64,000 nucleotides of DNA from Octopus vulgaris (lineage: Eukaryota): assembly GCA_951406725.2 (NCBI GenBank), contig OX597827.1:71734001-71798000 (forward strand), written 5' to 3'. Positions within the stretch are counted from its first letter, which is position 1, and the number at the start of each line of letters is the position of its first letter. The position numbers and the translations under genes are program-made. Of this stretch, positions 1 through 12,442 are shown in pieces. The notes beneath the pieces were generated by a model. That model did no database searches. It was not told the origin of the DNA and saw only the letters and a list, made by a program, of their open reading frames with translations.

Positions 1-19
1 GTGAAGAACATAAAATTCA

Positions 20-260
20 ATGACTTCGTTGTTATCTGCCACTCGTTCATGACGTTATCAATACGTGGATCTTCCTTGCTGATTGTGATCCATAGTTTTT
101 TGGTTTTTTTTCATGTGGATTCATGCGGTTTCTAGATGTTGCTTCATTGACAAAAGAGAACTGAATCTAGATTCACACAGATATGTCGTTGCAAATGGAA
201 TGAGAAGGCAAAAATGTTTGTCAAAATCTGTTAAGGATTAAATGATCGCTTGAGGTTTCC
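20..260 (-). pseudogene. hAT (Buster/Charlie, ZBED5/SCAND3-like) transposase C-terminal dimerisation-domain remnant
   Basis: The minus strand of ~130-207 translates LLIPFATTYLCESRFSSLLSMK. After frameshifts it reads SRNRMNP and LWITISKEDPRIDNVMNE, matching the family motif PFxTTYLCExGFS..K.K.RNRL...PRI. Confidence 0.8.
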
Positions 261-496
261 ACCTATTTGGAATAATTAAACTCTAACTGTAATTAAGTGA
301 GGAAAAGTTAATTTTAAGACTCAGTTAATAATACATGGTTTCCCCTATCGGACATTTAATAAGGAAGGAGATACTTATTTCGTTATATTATTTGGCGGAA
401 TTATACTTTTGAATTTGAAATTAAGTAATAAGGAAGATAATAAGGAAGGGCGAGAGAGAGAGAGTGTGTGTGAGTGAGAGAGAATATATACGTATG

Positions 497-590
<94 letters not shown>

Positions 591-593
<3 letters not shown>

Positions 594-980
594 CTTACCA
601 GCCACATGGTCCCGTGTTCAGTTCCATTGTGTGGCACCTTGGGCAAGTATCTTCTGCTATGTTCGGGCCGACCAAGCCTTGTGGGTGGATTTGGTAGACG
701 AAACTGAAGAAGCCTGTCGTATATGTATATATATATATATATATGTATGTATATGTGTGTGTGTATATGTTTGTGTGTCTGTGTTTATCCCCCACCCCAA
801 CATCGCTTGACAACCGATGCCGGTTTGTTTACGTCCCCGTAACTTAGCGGTTCAGCAAAAGAGACCGATAGAATAAGTACTAGGCTTACAAAGAATATGT
901 CCTGGGGTCGATTTGCTCGACTGAAGTCAGTGCTTCAGCATGGCTGCAGCCAAGTGACTAATACAAGTAAAAGAGTAAAA
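591..980 (+). mobile_element. SINE family A (tRNA-derived, CORE-like), 5'-truncated
   Basis: Matches the other copies: CACCTTGGGCAAGT (MIR/CORE-like motif), an internal TA/TG microsatellite, and the tail CAGCATGGCTGCAG...CAAGTAAAAGAGTAAA. Confidence 0.9.
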
Positions 981-1000
981 AAAATACACATATATGTATA

Positions 1001-1063
<63 letters not shown>

Positions 1064-1254
1064 AGAGTGTATAAAGACATGCACGGAGAGAAGACCCTTG
1101 ACAGAATTTCTAACATGCTAAAAACAAGACATTTCAACCCGAACCACGAAATAAGGAATTCTTAAAGCACGCTGCTAATAAGCACTAGAGTAAATAAAAA
1201 ATTAGTTAACCCTATACTCGAGTTTTGGGTATTAATGACCAAATAAATTAATTT

Positions 1255-1297
<43 letters not shown>

Positions 1298-1584
1298 CCC
1301 TGGACAGCCTAATGTTGTAGTTTGAACATACTTATCATTGCCTTGAACATACTTATCATTATCTGTGTCTGCTCTGAAATGTATATGTATGTATGAATTA
1401 TATATGTATATGCATGTATGTATGTAAGTATGTATGTATATATGTATGCATGTATGCATCATGCGTGTATGTATGTATGTATGTATGTATGTATGTATGT
1501 ATGTATGCATGTATGCATGCATGCATGCGTGTATGTATGTATGTATGTATGTATGTATGTATGTATGTATGTATGTATGTATGT

Positions 1585-1860
1585 TGTGAATATCTCTTTG
1601 AAAATCAAAGAGAAAGAAGATAACTATGGAGAACTGCTTCGAAACCTCCAGCTTCTATATCCGGATTACAAGTTTACGTTTATATCAATAATAATTGGCG
1701 CATTTAATTTTGTAAGTAAATACCTAACTGTCAGTCCGGATAAGCCTGCATTTTCAGATAAAGAAACCAAACCAACTGATTCACAATACAAATACAATTA
1801 CGAATAGAATCTTTAAGAACAACAGTAAAACTATGCAAGACACTTTTTCTCAGGTATAAA
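1585..1860 (+). pseudogene. Non-LTR retrotransposon restriction-like endonuclease C-terminus (R4/NeSL group) remnant
   Basis: ORF 1418-1807 contains KEKEDNYGELLRNLQLLYPDYKFTFISIIIGAF (KxxxYxxL...IIIGA motif). A shifted frame ends [10 protein letters not shown]. Confidence 0.65.
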
Positions 1861-1881
1861 ATGTGACGTTGTTTTCCTGAT

Positions 1882-1944
<63 letters not shown>

Positions 1945-2166
1945 CATACATACATATATATATATATACATATATATACATACATACATACATATATATA
2001 TATATATGGTTTTTTCTTGTTTTTTGTTTTTTGTTTTTTTCCGTTTCTACGTCTTATTGTGATGTCCTGTACTCACGTATAATTATTTATATATGCATGT
2101 ATATATACATGTAGATGTAGGTACGTACATATATGTTTGTATGTATGCATATATTTTTATTTATCA

Positions 2167-2248
<82 letters not shown>

Positions 2249-2288
2249 TAGGTACAATAAATTCAGGGTGAATACTTGATAAATGTAA

Positions 2289-2323
2289 GCACCTGTATAT
2301 GCCTAGCTGGCATATACAGGTGC
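2289..2323. repeat. Perfect 15-bp inverted repeat (hairpin) between (TA)n tracts
   Basis: GCACCTGTATATGCC-TAGCT-GGCATATACAGGTGC. Confidence 0.9.
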
Positions 2324-2329
2324 CTATCA

Positions 2330-2387
<58 letters not shown>

Positions 2388-2904
2388 TGCTCATACAAAA
2401 AGATACACATATACGAATGTATGTATGTATGTATGTATGTATATATTGACACTCTTACACTTCTTCAACTGCGTAAGTGAACCCACCATATCTTCGAGCA
2501 AAAATCGAACATATACGTCGCAAACACCGCTTGCCTATTGCTTAACCGCAACTCTGTGTCTGCTCTGAAATGAAGCATTTATTAAAGAATAATCTGATAA
2601 TTAAATAACCGTATGAATCACAGACATTTGTATTCCGCTCAGGCTATGTCCCTTTACACTCGATCGGCTTCGCTTTTTATTATCAAGTGAGTTCGATAAA
2701 ACCAGTACCAGACAACACACTGGAGTCGGTTTAACATTCCTGTGGCGTCCCCTACACATAAATGTATTACATAATAGAACATTATGACTATGTTTGTTCC
2801 ATTCCTACATTCCTATATTCCTATATTTTGGAGTAAGGAGCTGGAGTGAGGAGAGAATTTTCTCCCACAGAAACCATATATTCTGGAAATAATTGCTAAT
2901 TATT

Positions 2905-4224
2905 CTTTTCTACTCTAGGCACAAGGCCCGAAATTTTTGGGGGAAGGGGCCAGTCGAATAGATCGACCTCAGTACACAGCTGGGACTTAATTTATCGACC
3001 CCGAAAGGATGAAAGGCAAAGTCCACCTCGGCGGGATTTGAACATAGAACATAAAGACAGACGAAATACCTATTTCTTTACTACCCACAAGGGGCTAAAC
3101 ACAGAGAGGACAAACAAGGACAGAAACACAGATTAAGTCGATCATATCGACCCCAGTGCGTAACTGGTACTTATTTAATCGACCCCGAAAGGACGAAAGG
3201 CAAAGTCCACCTCGGCGGGATTTGAACATAGAACATAAAGACAGACGAAATACCTATTTCTTTACTACCCACAAGGGGCTAAACACAGAGAGGACAAACA
3301 AGGACAGAAACACAGATTAAGTCGATCATATCGACCCCAGTGCGTAACTGGTACTTATTTAATCGACCCCGAAAGGACGAAAGGCAAAGTCCACCTCGGC
3401 GGGATTTGAACACAGAACATAAAGACAGACGAAATACCTATTTCTTTACTACCCACAAGGGGCTAAACACAGAGAGGACAAACAAGGACAGAAACACAGA
3501 TTAAGTCGATCATATCGACCCCAGTGCGTAACTGGTACTTATTTAATCGACCCCGAAAGGACGAAAGGCAAAGTCCACCTCGGCGGGATTTGAACACAGA
3601 ACATAAAGACAGACGAAATACCTATTTCTTTACTACCCACAAGGGGCTAAACACAGAGAGGACAAACAAGGACAGAAACACAGATTAAGTCGATCATATC
3701 GACCCCAGTGCGTAACTGGTACTTATTTAATCGACCCCGAAAGGACGAAAGGCAAAGTCCACCTCGGCGGGATTTGAACACAGAACATAAAGACAGACGA
3801 AATACCTATTTCTTTACTACCCACAAGGGGCTAAACACAGAGAGGACAAACAAGGACAGAAACACAGATTAAGTCGATCATATCGACCCCAGTGCGTAAC
3901 TGGTACTTATTTAATCGACCCCGAAAGGACGAAAGGCAAAGTCCACCTCGGCGGGATTTGAACACAGAACATAAAGACAGACGAAATACCTATTTCTTTA
4001 CTACCCACAAGGGGCTAAACACAGAGAGGACAAACAAGGACAGAAACACAGATTAAGTCGATCATATCGACCCCAGTGCGTAACTGGTACTTATTTAATC
4101 GACCCCGAAAGGATGAAAGGCAAAGTCGACCTCAGCGGAATTTGAACTGAGAACGTAGCGGCAGACGAAATACCGCTAAACAATATCGCCCGGTGTGCTA
4201 ACGTTTCTGCCAGCTCGCCGCCTT
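2905..4224 (-). mobile_element. SINE family B with an internal 184-bp tandem array (central domain x7)
   Basis: Head at ~4224 (rc AAGGCGGCGAGCTGGCAGAAACGTTAGCAC). GACCCCGAAAGGA recurs at 2997, 3181, 3365, 3549, 3733, 3917 and 4101 (period 184). TSD ATA(A/G)TTGCTAATTATT at 2889-2904 and 4225-4240. The central GTCGACTTTGCCTTTCATCCTTTCGGGGTCGAT...AGTACCAG resembles the Meta-SINE domain (recalled, unverified). Confidence 0.95.
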
Positions 4225-4264
4225 ATAGTTGCTAATTATTTTTAAAAACAGCAAAAAAAAAAAC

Positions 4265-4545
4265 AGCACATGTAGTTGTTGTATCTGCATTTGTTCCTGG
4301 TTATGCAAAGAACAGTATAGATGTTGCGAACGTATTTCTCTCTAATTGTGCTAGGAATAGCATAGCTGTTGCAAATACATTTTCTCTCTAATTATATCAA
4401 GAGGTGTGAAGTTGTTTGCGAATGCATTTGTCTCTAATTAAGTCAAGAGCGGTATAGTTGCTGCGAGTGCAATTTGTGTCTAATTTGTCTGGTAAGAGCA
4501 GTCGAGTTGCTGCGAACGCGTTTTTACCTAATTACATCTAGAAGA
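4265..4545. repeat. Degenerate ~46-bp minisatellite, ~6 units
   Basis: CTAATT recurs at ~4342, 4388, 4434, 4480 and 4528 within units like CATTTGTCTCTAATTA..AAGAGC.GTATAGTTGCTGCGAA. Confidence 0.75.
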
Positions 4546-4549
4546 ATGA

Positions 4550-5100
4550 CTGTCGCCACCATCACCATCCTCACCACTACCATCACCACCACCACCACAA
4601 TCACCACCACCACCACTAATACCACCACCGCCACCATCATCATTACCACCACCACCACCACCACCACCACTAATACTACCACTATCATCACCACCATCAT
4701 TGCCCCCCCCACCGCCACTACTACCACCACCACATCCATCACCATCACCACCACCACTACCAACACCATCACTATCACCACAACCATCATCACTATCATC
4801 ACCACCATCATTGCCCCCAACCATCACCACTACTATTACCACAACCATCACCACAATACCACCACCACCACCAATACTACCATCACCACCACTACTCCCA
4901 CTACCACCATCACCACCACCACCATCATTGCCCTCCGCCACAACTATCACCACCACACCCATCACCACCATCAAGCAACCACCACTACCAACACCATCAC
5001 CCCCACCACTACCAACACCATAACCCTCACCACAACCACCACCACCACTATCACCAATACTACCATCACCACCGCTACCGCCACCACCAACTGCGATAGC
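4550..5100. repeat. (ACC/ATC)n low-complexity trinucleotide tract
   Basis: Directly visible; source of spurious poly-T/P/G ORFs. Confidence 0.95.
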
Positions 5101-5214
5101 TACAACGACGATAATGATGACAACACAGCATGAAGAAGGAAACGAAGTTTGTTCAGAAAACATTGTATAAGAGAATAAAGTTGTTGTTGTCGTTGCCGTC
5201 AATGTCTTTATTGC

Positions 5215-5425
5215 TGATGTTATTTAACCCTAGGTCGGCATTGACCGAGCAACCTGTGATCAAAGAATCTCCATCCATGACCATTCCCTCATGTACCCAA
5301 AGCATAAGTGCAGACAGAGCTACATTACTCAAAGTGTCCTCTCTTGTCTCAGAGTTTAAAGAAGGCAAGTTGTTGCTACTATTTCTAGCAGCTGGAACGA
5401 CCATATAAAGGTTTCTTCGTTGGGC
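5215..5425 (-). mobile_element. Older dispersed repeat (family D, probably a SINE)
   Basis: Shares TTATTTAACC..GGT, TGATCAAAGA and TTTCTAGCA..GA.CGACCAT with 38995-39200 (same orientation), and TGCTAGAAATA with 7905-8010 (opposite orientation). Strand assignment is tentative. Confidence 0.55.
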
Positions 5426-5506
5426 AGGATGTCTCTTTGAAACAAATATTGTGGAGGATGATAAGAACGGTAGGAGAGAATTATTAGGTAACGAATTGTA
5501 ATAGTA

Positions 5507-5553
<47 letters not shown>

Positions 5554-5740
5554 AGAAGAAGAAGAAGAAGAAGAAGAAGAAGGAGGAGGAGGAGGAGGAG
5601 GAGGAGGAGGAGAAGAAGAAGAAGAAGAAGAAGAAGAAGAAGAAGAAGAAGGAGGAGGAGGAGAAGAAGAAGAAGAAGAAGAAGAAGAAGAAGAAGAAGA
5701 AGAAGAAGAAGAAGAAGAAGAAGAAGAAGAAGAAGAAGAA
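5507..5740. repeat. Compound (GAT)n-(GAA)n-(GGA)n microsatellite
   Basis: Directly visible. Confidence 0.95.
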
Positions 5741-6170
5741 TATAATAATAAAATTTCAGATTTATATTTGGTATGCAATATTCTTGATGTGAACTCTAGT
5801 GTTGAAACAGATTTCATGGTATAATGGGAGGGTCATTCTGCCAGTAATAAACACGCACTGGTTCTATTTCACTTCTTTATTCTATCTTAACTTAAGGTCG
5901 CGATCTGGCAGAATCGTTACCGTGTCAGACAAAATGCTTAGCAGCATTTCTCCCAGCGCTTTACGTTTTGGATTCAAGTTCACTGAGGTCAACTTTGCTT
6001 TCATCCTTTCGATGTTGATAAAACAAGTACAGTTAGTAGAAAGAAGTATTATTAGTCAACTAGTTATCTATTTAACCAATTAACTAATCGATTGTTTGAT
6101 AGCACAAACGATCGATTAGTTAGAATGAGTAATGAAACAATCGGTTAGTTAATCGATTGAATGGTTAATA

Positions 6171-6484
6171 GTAATAATTAAAAAAATGAAATAGAGCCAA
6201 AGCGTGTGTTTATATTGGTATAATGACCTTCCCGAGACAAAGAAAAAAGAAACTATAAACATACGCACACGCACACATTCAGAGCGTGAAGATGTGGAAG
6301 AAATAAGCTTTGCTGACTAGTAATAATAATAAAAGAAATGAAATAGAGCCAAAGCGTGTGTTTATATTGGTATAATGACCTTCCCGAGATATAACAAAGA
6401 AAAAAGAAACTATAAACACACACACACACACACACGCACACATACACAGCGGGAAGATGCGGAAGAAATAAGCTTTGCTGACTA
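6171..6484. repeat. Local tandem duplication (~150-165 bp x2)
   Basis: ATGAAATAGAGCCAAAGCGTGTGTTTATATTGGTATAATGACCTTCCCGAGA...GGAAGAAATAAGCTTTGCTGACTA occurs twice, head to tail. Confidence 0.9.
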
Positions 6485-6880
6485 CAAATTCGATTCTGCA
6501 GCAGAAAATGGTGAGAAATTCTTTTGAACTGGAATCGCAGAAAGACACGTTGTCTACTCGATAGAAGGTGCTTTGAAGTAAAAGAAAACCCCCGTGCACG
6601 AGACGATAAGGATTCAATGGAAATAAGGTGGCCTAGTTAAGAGGAACCGTCGCTTTTGCCGTATCGATTGCGCCTGTGTGACCTTGTGTGTGCGTGTGTG
6701 TGTATGTGTGTGTGTGTCAGTGAGATTGAGGTAAAAATCGATTGGTGAGAAAAAGAAATAAGGCCAAATTAATGAAAATAATGTCGGCGGGGTTGATGTG
6801 TCGTAGAATAGATGAAACAGTCGAGTAGAGAAAATTAACATAGATACAATACACAACAATAAAACCTTGATGGTTTACTA

Positions 6881-6901
6881 ACTTCCGGTGTTCACTTCCG
6901 G
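6881..6901. promoter_or_regulatory. Tandem ETS-type sites (ACTTCCGG x2), possible promoter element
   Basis: ACTTCCGG at 6881-6888 and 6894-6901, in a unique, relatively CpG-containing stretch; ATTGG nearby at ~6741. Confidence 0.25.
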
Positions 6902-8372
6902 AATGGACTCTTAAGTCTTGAGTAGATTGCAGGAAAAACAGCTACAGATGGAGCCGGTGTGGTATAACGTGTAATAAAAATAAACATCGCCGTTAATTTC
7001 TATTGCAGAAGCACGAGTCGTTTGTCAAAGTAGATAAATATTTGTGAACAAAGCATATATATGAATGTGAGAGAAGAGCAATTTGTATAAGGAACCTGGA
7101 CGATGATGGCGACGACGATGACGACGTCGATAGCGGCGGCGGTGGTGGTGGTGGTGGTGGTGGTGGTGGTGGGTGGTGGTGGTGGTGGTGGTGGCGGTGG
7201 TACAAAACAGCGTTTTTTTTTTTTTTTTTTACAACAGAAACCGCAACAAACTTGTTTCAATCCGAGCACCCATTAAACTGTATATTGAACATTTAACATA
7301 GAAACATAATGTCATACTTTGAAAATTTTATTTTTTTTTTTTATTTGTACTTATCCATCAAACTTTATATTGAAAAATTAAAAAAAATAAAAACTACACA
7401 CACACACACACACACAAAAACTGGTTGCGTATGAAGAATCATAATGAGTAAATATAAATCACTGCAAATGCACATTTATTTGTTTAATGTAGTTTAAAAT
7501 AGGAAAATCCCTGAATCGCACAAACAAAAGCAACACTTAATGGAGTTTTATAATTGCCTATTGCTAGATAGAAATTAGATATTTGATTCCACCATTGTCG
7601 ATCACAGCTTTAATTACTGTTGCAAGTGGTAGTAAATATTTGTTATTTGAAATCTCATGGATGTTTTGATTTGCTTTAAACGTGAAAATATTGATTCAAG
7701 TTGCAGCTTGTGCCAAAAGCAAGGCAGGAATTTATGAAAAACAAAAATCGACGATTATTAAACGGAAGGTCACCGTGGGTAGCTTTAGAATGTTGTTCGC
7801 TGCCTTCAGGTGGTACATTTCTCACTATGAACCAGGGATGGTATTTGCTAACATTTTCATAATAGCTGGAGGTGTAGCGTCGAACCAATGAGCGAGGAAG
7901 CGAGCAGCAAGCCTCTGTGTGATCGCTCAGCTTGCTAGAAATAACAATCAGATCTCCTTCAAATTACAACCGGCCACCGTTAAAAGATGAATCGGACACA
8001 CACTAGGGAAAGGACCCTCAAATGTGAAACGACAAGCACCTGACTGGAACCCGCAAGGGAAAGGGAAGCGAGGAACCCCGAAGCAGACATGGGAGCGGAG
8101 CATTTTGGACGAGCTTGGGACCAAGACAAGATGAAAGACAAAGTCGACTCGGCAGTATATGAAGTCAGAATGTAAAAGCAGATGAAATGCATATACGTAT
8201 AAAGCGTAGACAGAGTTAGCGGCTAGAATAACCTACTAAGGGATAAATATCCGTATATACTATCGGTATCCGTTACCCGTGTTATCTCTGGGCATTGGTG
8301 TGCAGGCACACTTTGCACGTAGAGTGCAGGTAACAACAAGATAAAGAAGAGTTTATGAGGAAACAAATGTAA

Positions 8373-8593
8373 ATAATCAGAAAATGGAGAAAACCTCATA
8401 TCAACAGACACAACGATTGGACCACATCTATAGCTTATTTTTTAATATAAAGCATGGCATAACATAAAGGTGACGCAACGAATCTCGATCTGTTATGTCA
8501 CCTATGTTATGTCATGCTTTATGTTAACAAATAAGCTACAAATGTGGTCCTTTCGATGTGTTTGATCTGAGGTTTTCTCCATTTTCTGATTAT
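8373..8593. repeat. ~220-bp foldback (long imperfect inverted repeat) ending in (TA)n
   Basis: ATAATCAGAAAATGGAGAAAACCTCA...GGTGAC pairs with GTCACC...TGAGGTTTTCTCCATTTTCTGATTAT. Confidence 0.9.
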
Positions 8594-8600
8594 ATATATA

Positions 8601-9097
8601 TCTATATATATAAAACTGTAGTTGTGTGAGTGTCTGTCTCCTACGATTTAGATTCCTAACTCCTCCCACATTTTACGGTGCAGTTTAACCAAATTCGGGT
8701 ATCTTATAGTCGTGATTAATATCGAGCCCGTCTGGCTATTAGCGCGCGTCTACGATGAGTCTACGATTTTAAAAATAATTTAACATCATTTTTTATTCCA
8801 TTTTAATGCATAATTTTTCGTGTGTCGATGGCGGCGGAGTTGGCGTCCACGCTCAAACACCTGCACCTGTGTTTGCTTCTCCCCCTTCTTCCCTCCCTCG
8901 TGAAGCTGTGGGGAAGGGAGTTTAAGGAAATCAACGTCGTAATGCGTTGTCAAGGAGACCAGCGTTCTTTTAGAAGACACCAAAACAGAAATGGCTAAGA
9001 AAGCCCGAATTGGCATCTATAAAGGAAGTAACTCTCTAAAAATGCTTATATAGTTATTTCCCTTACAAACCCGAGCAACGCCGTGCGATACTGCTAG
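8601..9097 (+). mobile_element. Non-autonomous Helitron-like element
   Basis: 5' A|TCTATATATATAAAA; 3' GC-rich CCCGAGCAACGCCGTGCG followed by CTAG|T; no TSD. A second copy lies at 25600-25994. Confidence 0.85.
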
Positions 9098-9151
9098 TAT
9101 ATAATAAAATATTAGGGAATAAATCCAAAACCTCGCTAAGATAAATATTTC

Positions 9152-9226
9152 AATTACCTGAAGATTGACTGTAACCATAACTCGAATTATTACGAATTGG
9201 ACAGCCATGAAACGATCGTAGTGTTT
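9152..9226 (+). ncRNA. Type I hammerhead ribozyme-like fold (Penelope-like element terminal repeat)
   Basis: AATTAC-CTGAAGA(9158-64)-TTGACTGT..ACAGCCAT-GAAA(9209-12)-CGATCG-TA|GTGTT. Helix III is the palindrome ACGATCGT with a GUA site; helices I and II are imperfect. Confidence 0.65.
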
Positions 9227-9373
9227 TACTCATTATCTTTTATTAAACTTTTAATACTTTTGATATATATTTAAAATAATATAAATTAATTAATTTTATG
9301 TATTGGCTTAAGTTTTTCATTGTTTGATTTGCCTAATAGTGGTTTTATCTCTAATTTAATATAATATAATATA

Positions 9374-9405
<32 letters not shown>

Positions 9406-9643
9406 CTTAAAAGGTGAGCGAAAGTGTACGTACGCCGCTATATGCATATATAAATCCCAAAATGGAACAAGAACACCACAAACGACAATAAAACATCCGG
9501 ACAGACAGACGATACAAAGGCGGACAGGAAAAACAAGCCAACTTCTAAGGTCGATGCAATCGACTTAACCTCTCCCCGAAAATTTCTGGCCTTGTGCCTA
9601 TAGTACAAACGACTATCATTGTTGTTGTTGTTGTTGCTGTTGC

Positions 9644-9677
<34 letters not shown>

Positions 9678-9772
9678 GCTGTTGCTACTGCTGTTATTAT
9701 TATTCCGAAACTGTTACATACTAATTTAATTAGCAGAAATACTATCTTGAGATCTGGTGCCAATAAAATTTC

Positions 9773-9954
9773 CCAAATCTCAAGGATCTTTCTCAGGATT
9801 CCTGCAGAATACGGTATTGCACTTTTTCTTCAGGTCGAAAGTGCGGCTTTCAATTCCAATATTTTTCAATTTTTGGAGTAGCTGTCTGGGTGTTGAGCCA
9901 AGTGTACCAATTATCCAAAGGAATAATTGCTCTTTTAATCTTCCACAATCTCAA
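9773..9954 (-). pseudogene. R4/Dong-clade LINE endonuclease C-terminus remnant
   Basis: The minus strand, with two frameshifts, reads LRLWKIKRAIIP / IIGTLGSTPRQLLQKLKNIGIESRTFDLKK / SAIPYSAGILRKILEI, matching R4-clade RLW..PIIIGxLG..LQK..L..ARILRKVL. Confidence 0.75.
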
Positions 9955-10597
9955 GAGACAGTTATATATTGAAGACTCTTTACTTCCAACGTATGCACGG
10001 TTGACGTCATACGTGCAAAATTACAAACAAACATACGTCTGTTTGTATGTGTATGTATGTATGTATGTATGTATGTATGTATGTATGTATGTATGTGTAT
10101 GTATGTATGTATGTATGTATGTATGAATGTATGTATGTATGTATGCATGCATGTATTTGTATGTATGTATTTGTATGTATATCTTCATATACAACTTAAC
10201 GTAGTTGTCTTGTTAAAACGCCGAATACTGCGTTATTAGCCTTGAGAGAGCCTCTCATATAGGTACATAAAAGCACAGAAATAAATCAAAGCAGATAAGA
10301 ATTGACGGTTACGGGAGCCGGAACTGCCAGATCACGTAATTTCGGTCTACTACACTTTCTCAGTGGCAGGCGTCCGGTCATCGCATACAGGCCAAATCTC
10401 GTTGCCATGCTGTATAGAATTTTAGTGGCTTTTCAGTCACTGATGTCGGAAATGGCCAGAGGGCTTATTAAAAAATAATTATTGACGACGGAAGCAGTAT
10501 TTGTACCACATAGCAGATTGCGTTTCGTTTTCGTATTACAACTGCATCCATCGTTAGTTTTATACACACACACACACACACATATATATATAAATGT

Positions 10598-10649
<52 letters not shown>

Positions 10650-10717
10650 TACCTATATTTATAACTATACATTCATATATTCTATCTTTCTATATGTGTG
10701 TGTGTAGATAGATAGAT

Positions 10718-10767
<50 letters not shown>

Positions 10768-10768
10768 G

Positions 10769-10840
<72 letters not shown>

Positions 10841-11003
10841 CTAAACGTGGTGAGTATTATTGTATTCTCACAGCGAGGCATCTCTCAGAAGAATACTCGA
10901 TAAATAATTCAAATAAATTAAATTAGTTACATCTATGACAACGTCCATGTGAAAAGTGGAGAGGAAATTGAAGAATCTTGAATATACAAAGCTACAAAGC
11001 TAA

Positions 11004-11077
<74 letters not shown>

Positions 11078-11402
11078 ACTTTGTAAATATATATCTAAAT
11101 TATCTTTGTTCTATATTTGTACGTACGTGTGTGTGAATATATATATATGTGCGTATGTGTATATATATATGCCCATATGCATACATATATAATACAATAT
11201 AAAACAAACAGACACATATATATGTATATGCAAATATAGAAATACATGTATATTATATATACACAGATATATGTACATGTATATACATGTACGTGTGTAT
11301 TCATGTGTGTGTATGTGTGTGCGTATATATATAGACACACCCTCACAAGTCTATATGTATATACTCAGGAACACGCCTGCACAGACATAAACCTACACAC
11401 AC

Positions 11403-11441
<39 letters not shown>

Positions 11442-11556
11442 CACACACGTATATAGTGATAGAAAGAGAGAGAGAGGCAAAGAGAGAAAGTGAGAGAGTA
11501 AATTACGATTTGTAGTTATTCGATGCTGCTTTATCTTTAGATCAAATAGATATGCT

Positions 11557-11559
<3 letters not shown>

Positions 11560-11588
<29 letters not shown>

Positions 11589-11784
11589 TGTGTGTGTGTG
11601 TGTGTGTAAGTATGTATGTATGTATGTATGTATGTATGTGTGTGTGTAAGTATGTATGTATGTATGTATGTATGTATGTATTTATGTATGTATGTATGTA
11701 TGTATGTGTGTGCATGTATGTATGTATGTATGTGTGTGTATGTATGTACGTGTGTGTGTGTAAGTATGTATGTATGTATGTATG

Positions 11785-11817
<33 letters not shown>

Positions 11818-11820
11818 GTG

Positions 11821-11854
<34 letters not shown>

Positions 11855-12334
11855 TGTATGTATGTATGTATGTATGTATGTATGTATGTATGTATGTATG
11901 TATGTATGTATGTATGTATGTGTGTGTATGTATGTATGTATGTGTGTGTGTGTAAGTATGTATGTATGTATGTATGTATGTATGTATGTATGTATGTATG
12001 TATGTATGTATGTATGTGTGTGTAAGTATGTATGTATGTATGTATTTATGTATGTATGTATGTATGTGTGTGTATGTATGTATGTATGTATGTATGTATG
12101 TATGTATGTATGTATGTATGTATGTATGTATGTATGTATGTGTGTGTAAGTATGTATGTATGTATGTATTTATGTATGTATGTATGTATGTGTGTGTATG
12201 TATGTATGTATGTATGTATGTATGTATTTATGTATGTATGTATGTGTGTGTGTTTGTATGTATGTATCTATGTATGTATATATGTATGTATGTAACAGTT
12301 TTGTGCTGCTTTTGCAGTTTTAAAAATAATAAAG

Positions 12335-12418
<84 letters not shown>

Positions 12419-12440
12419 TGTGTGTGTGTATGTATGTATG
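11560..12440. repeat. Long compound (TATG)n/(TG)n microsatellite with recurrent GTGTAAGT interruptions
   Basis: Directly visible. Confidence 0.95.
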
Positions 12441-12442
12441 TA

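Noticed and set aside
2997-4101. 184-bp array as a hammerhead retrozyme
   Set aside because: No CUGANGA core found on either strand of the unit; the unit is SINE-internal sequence.
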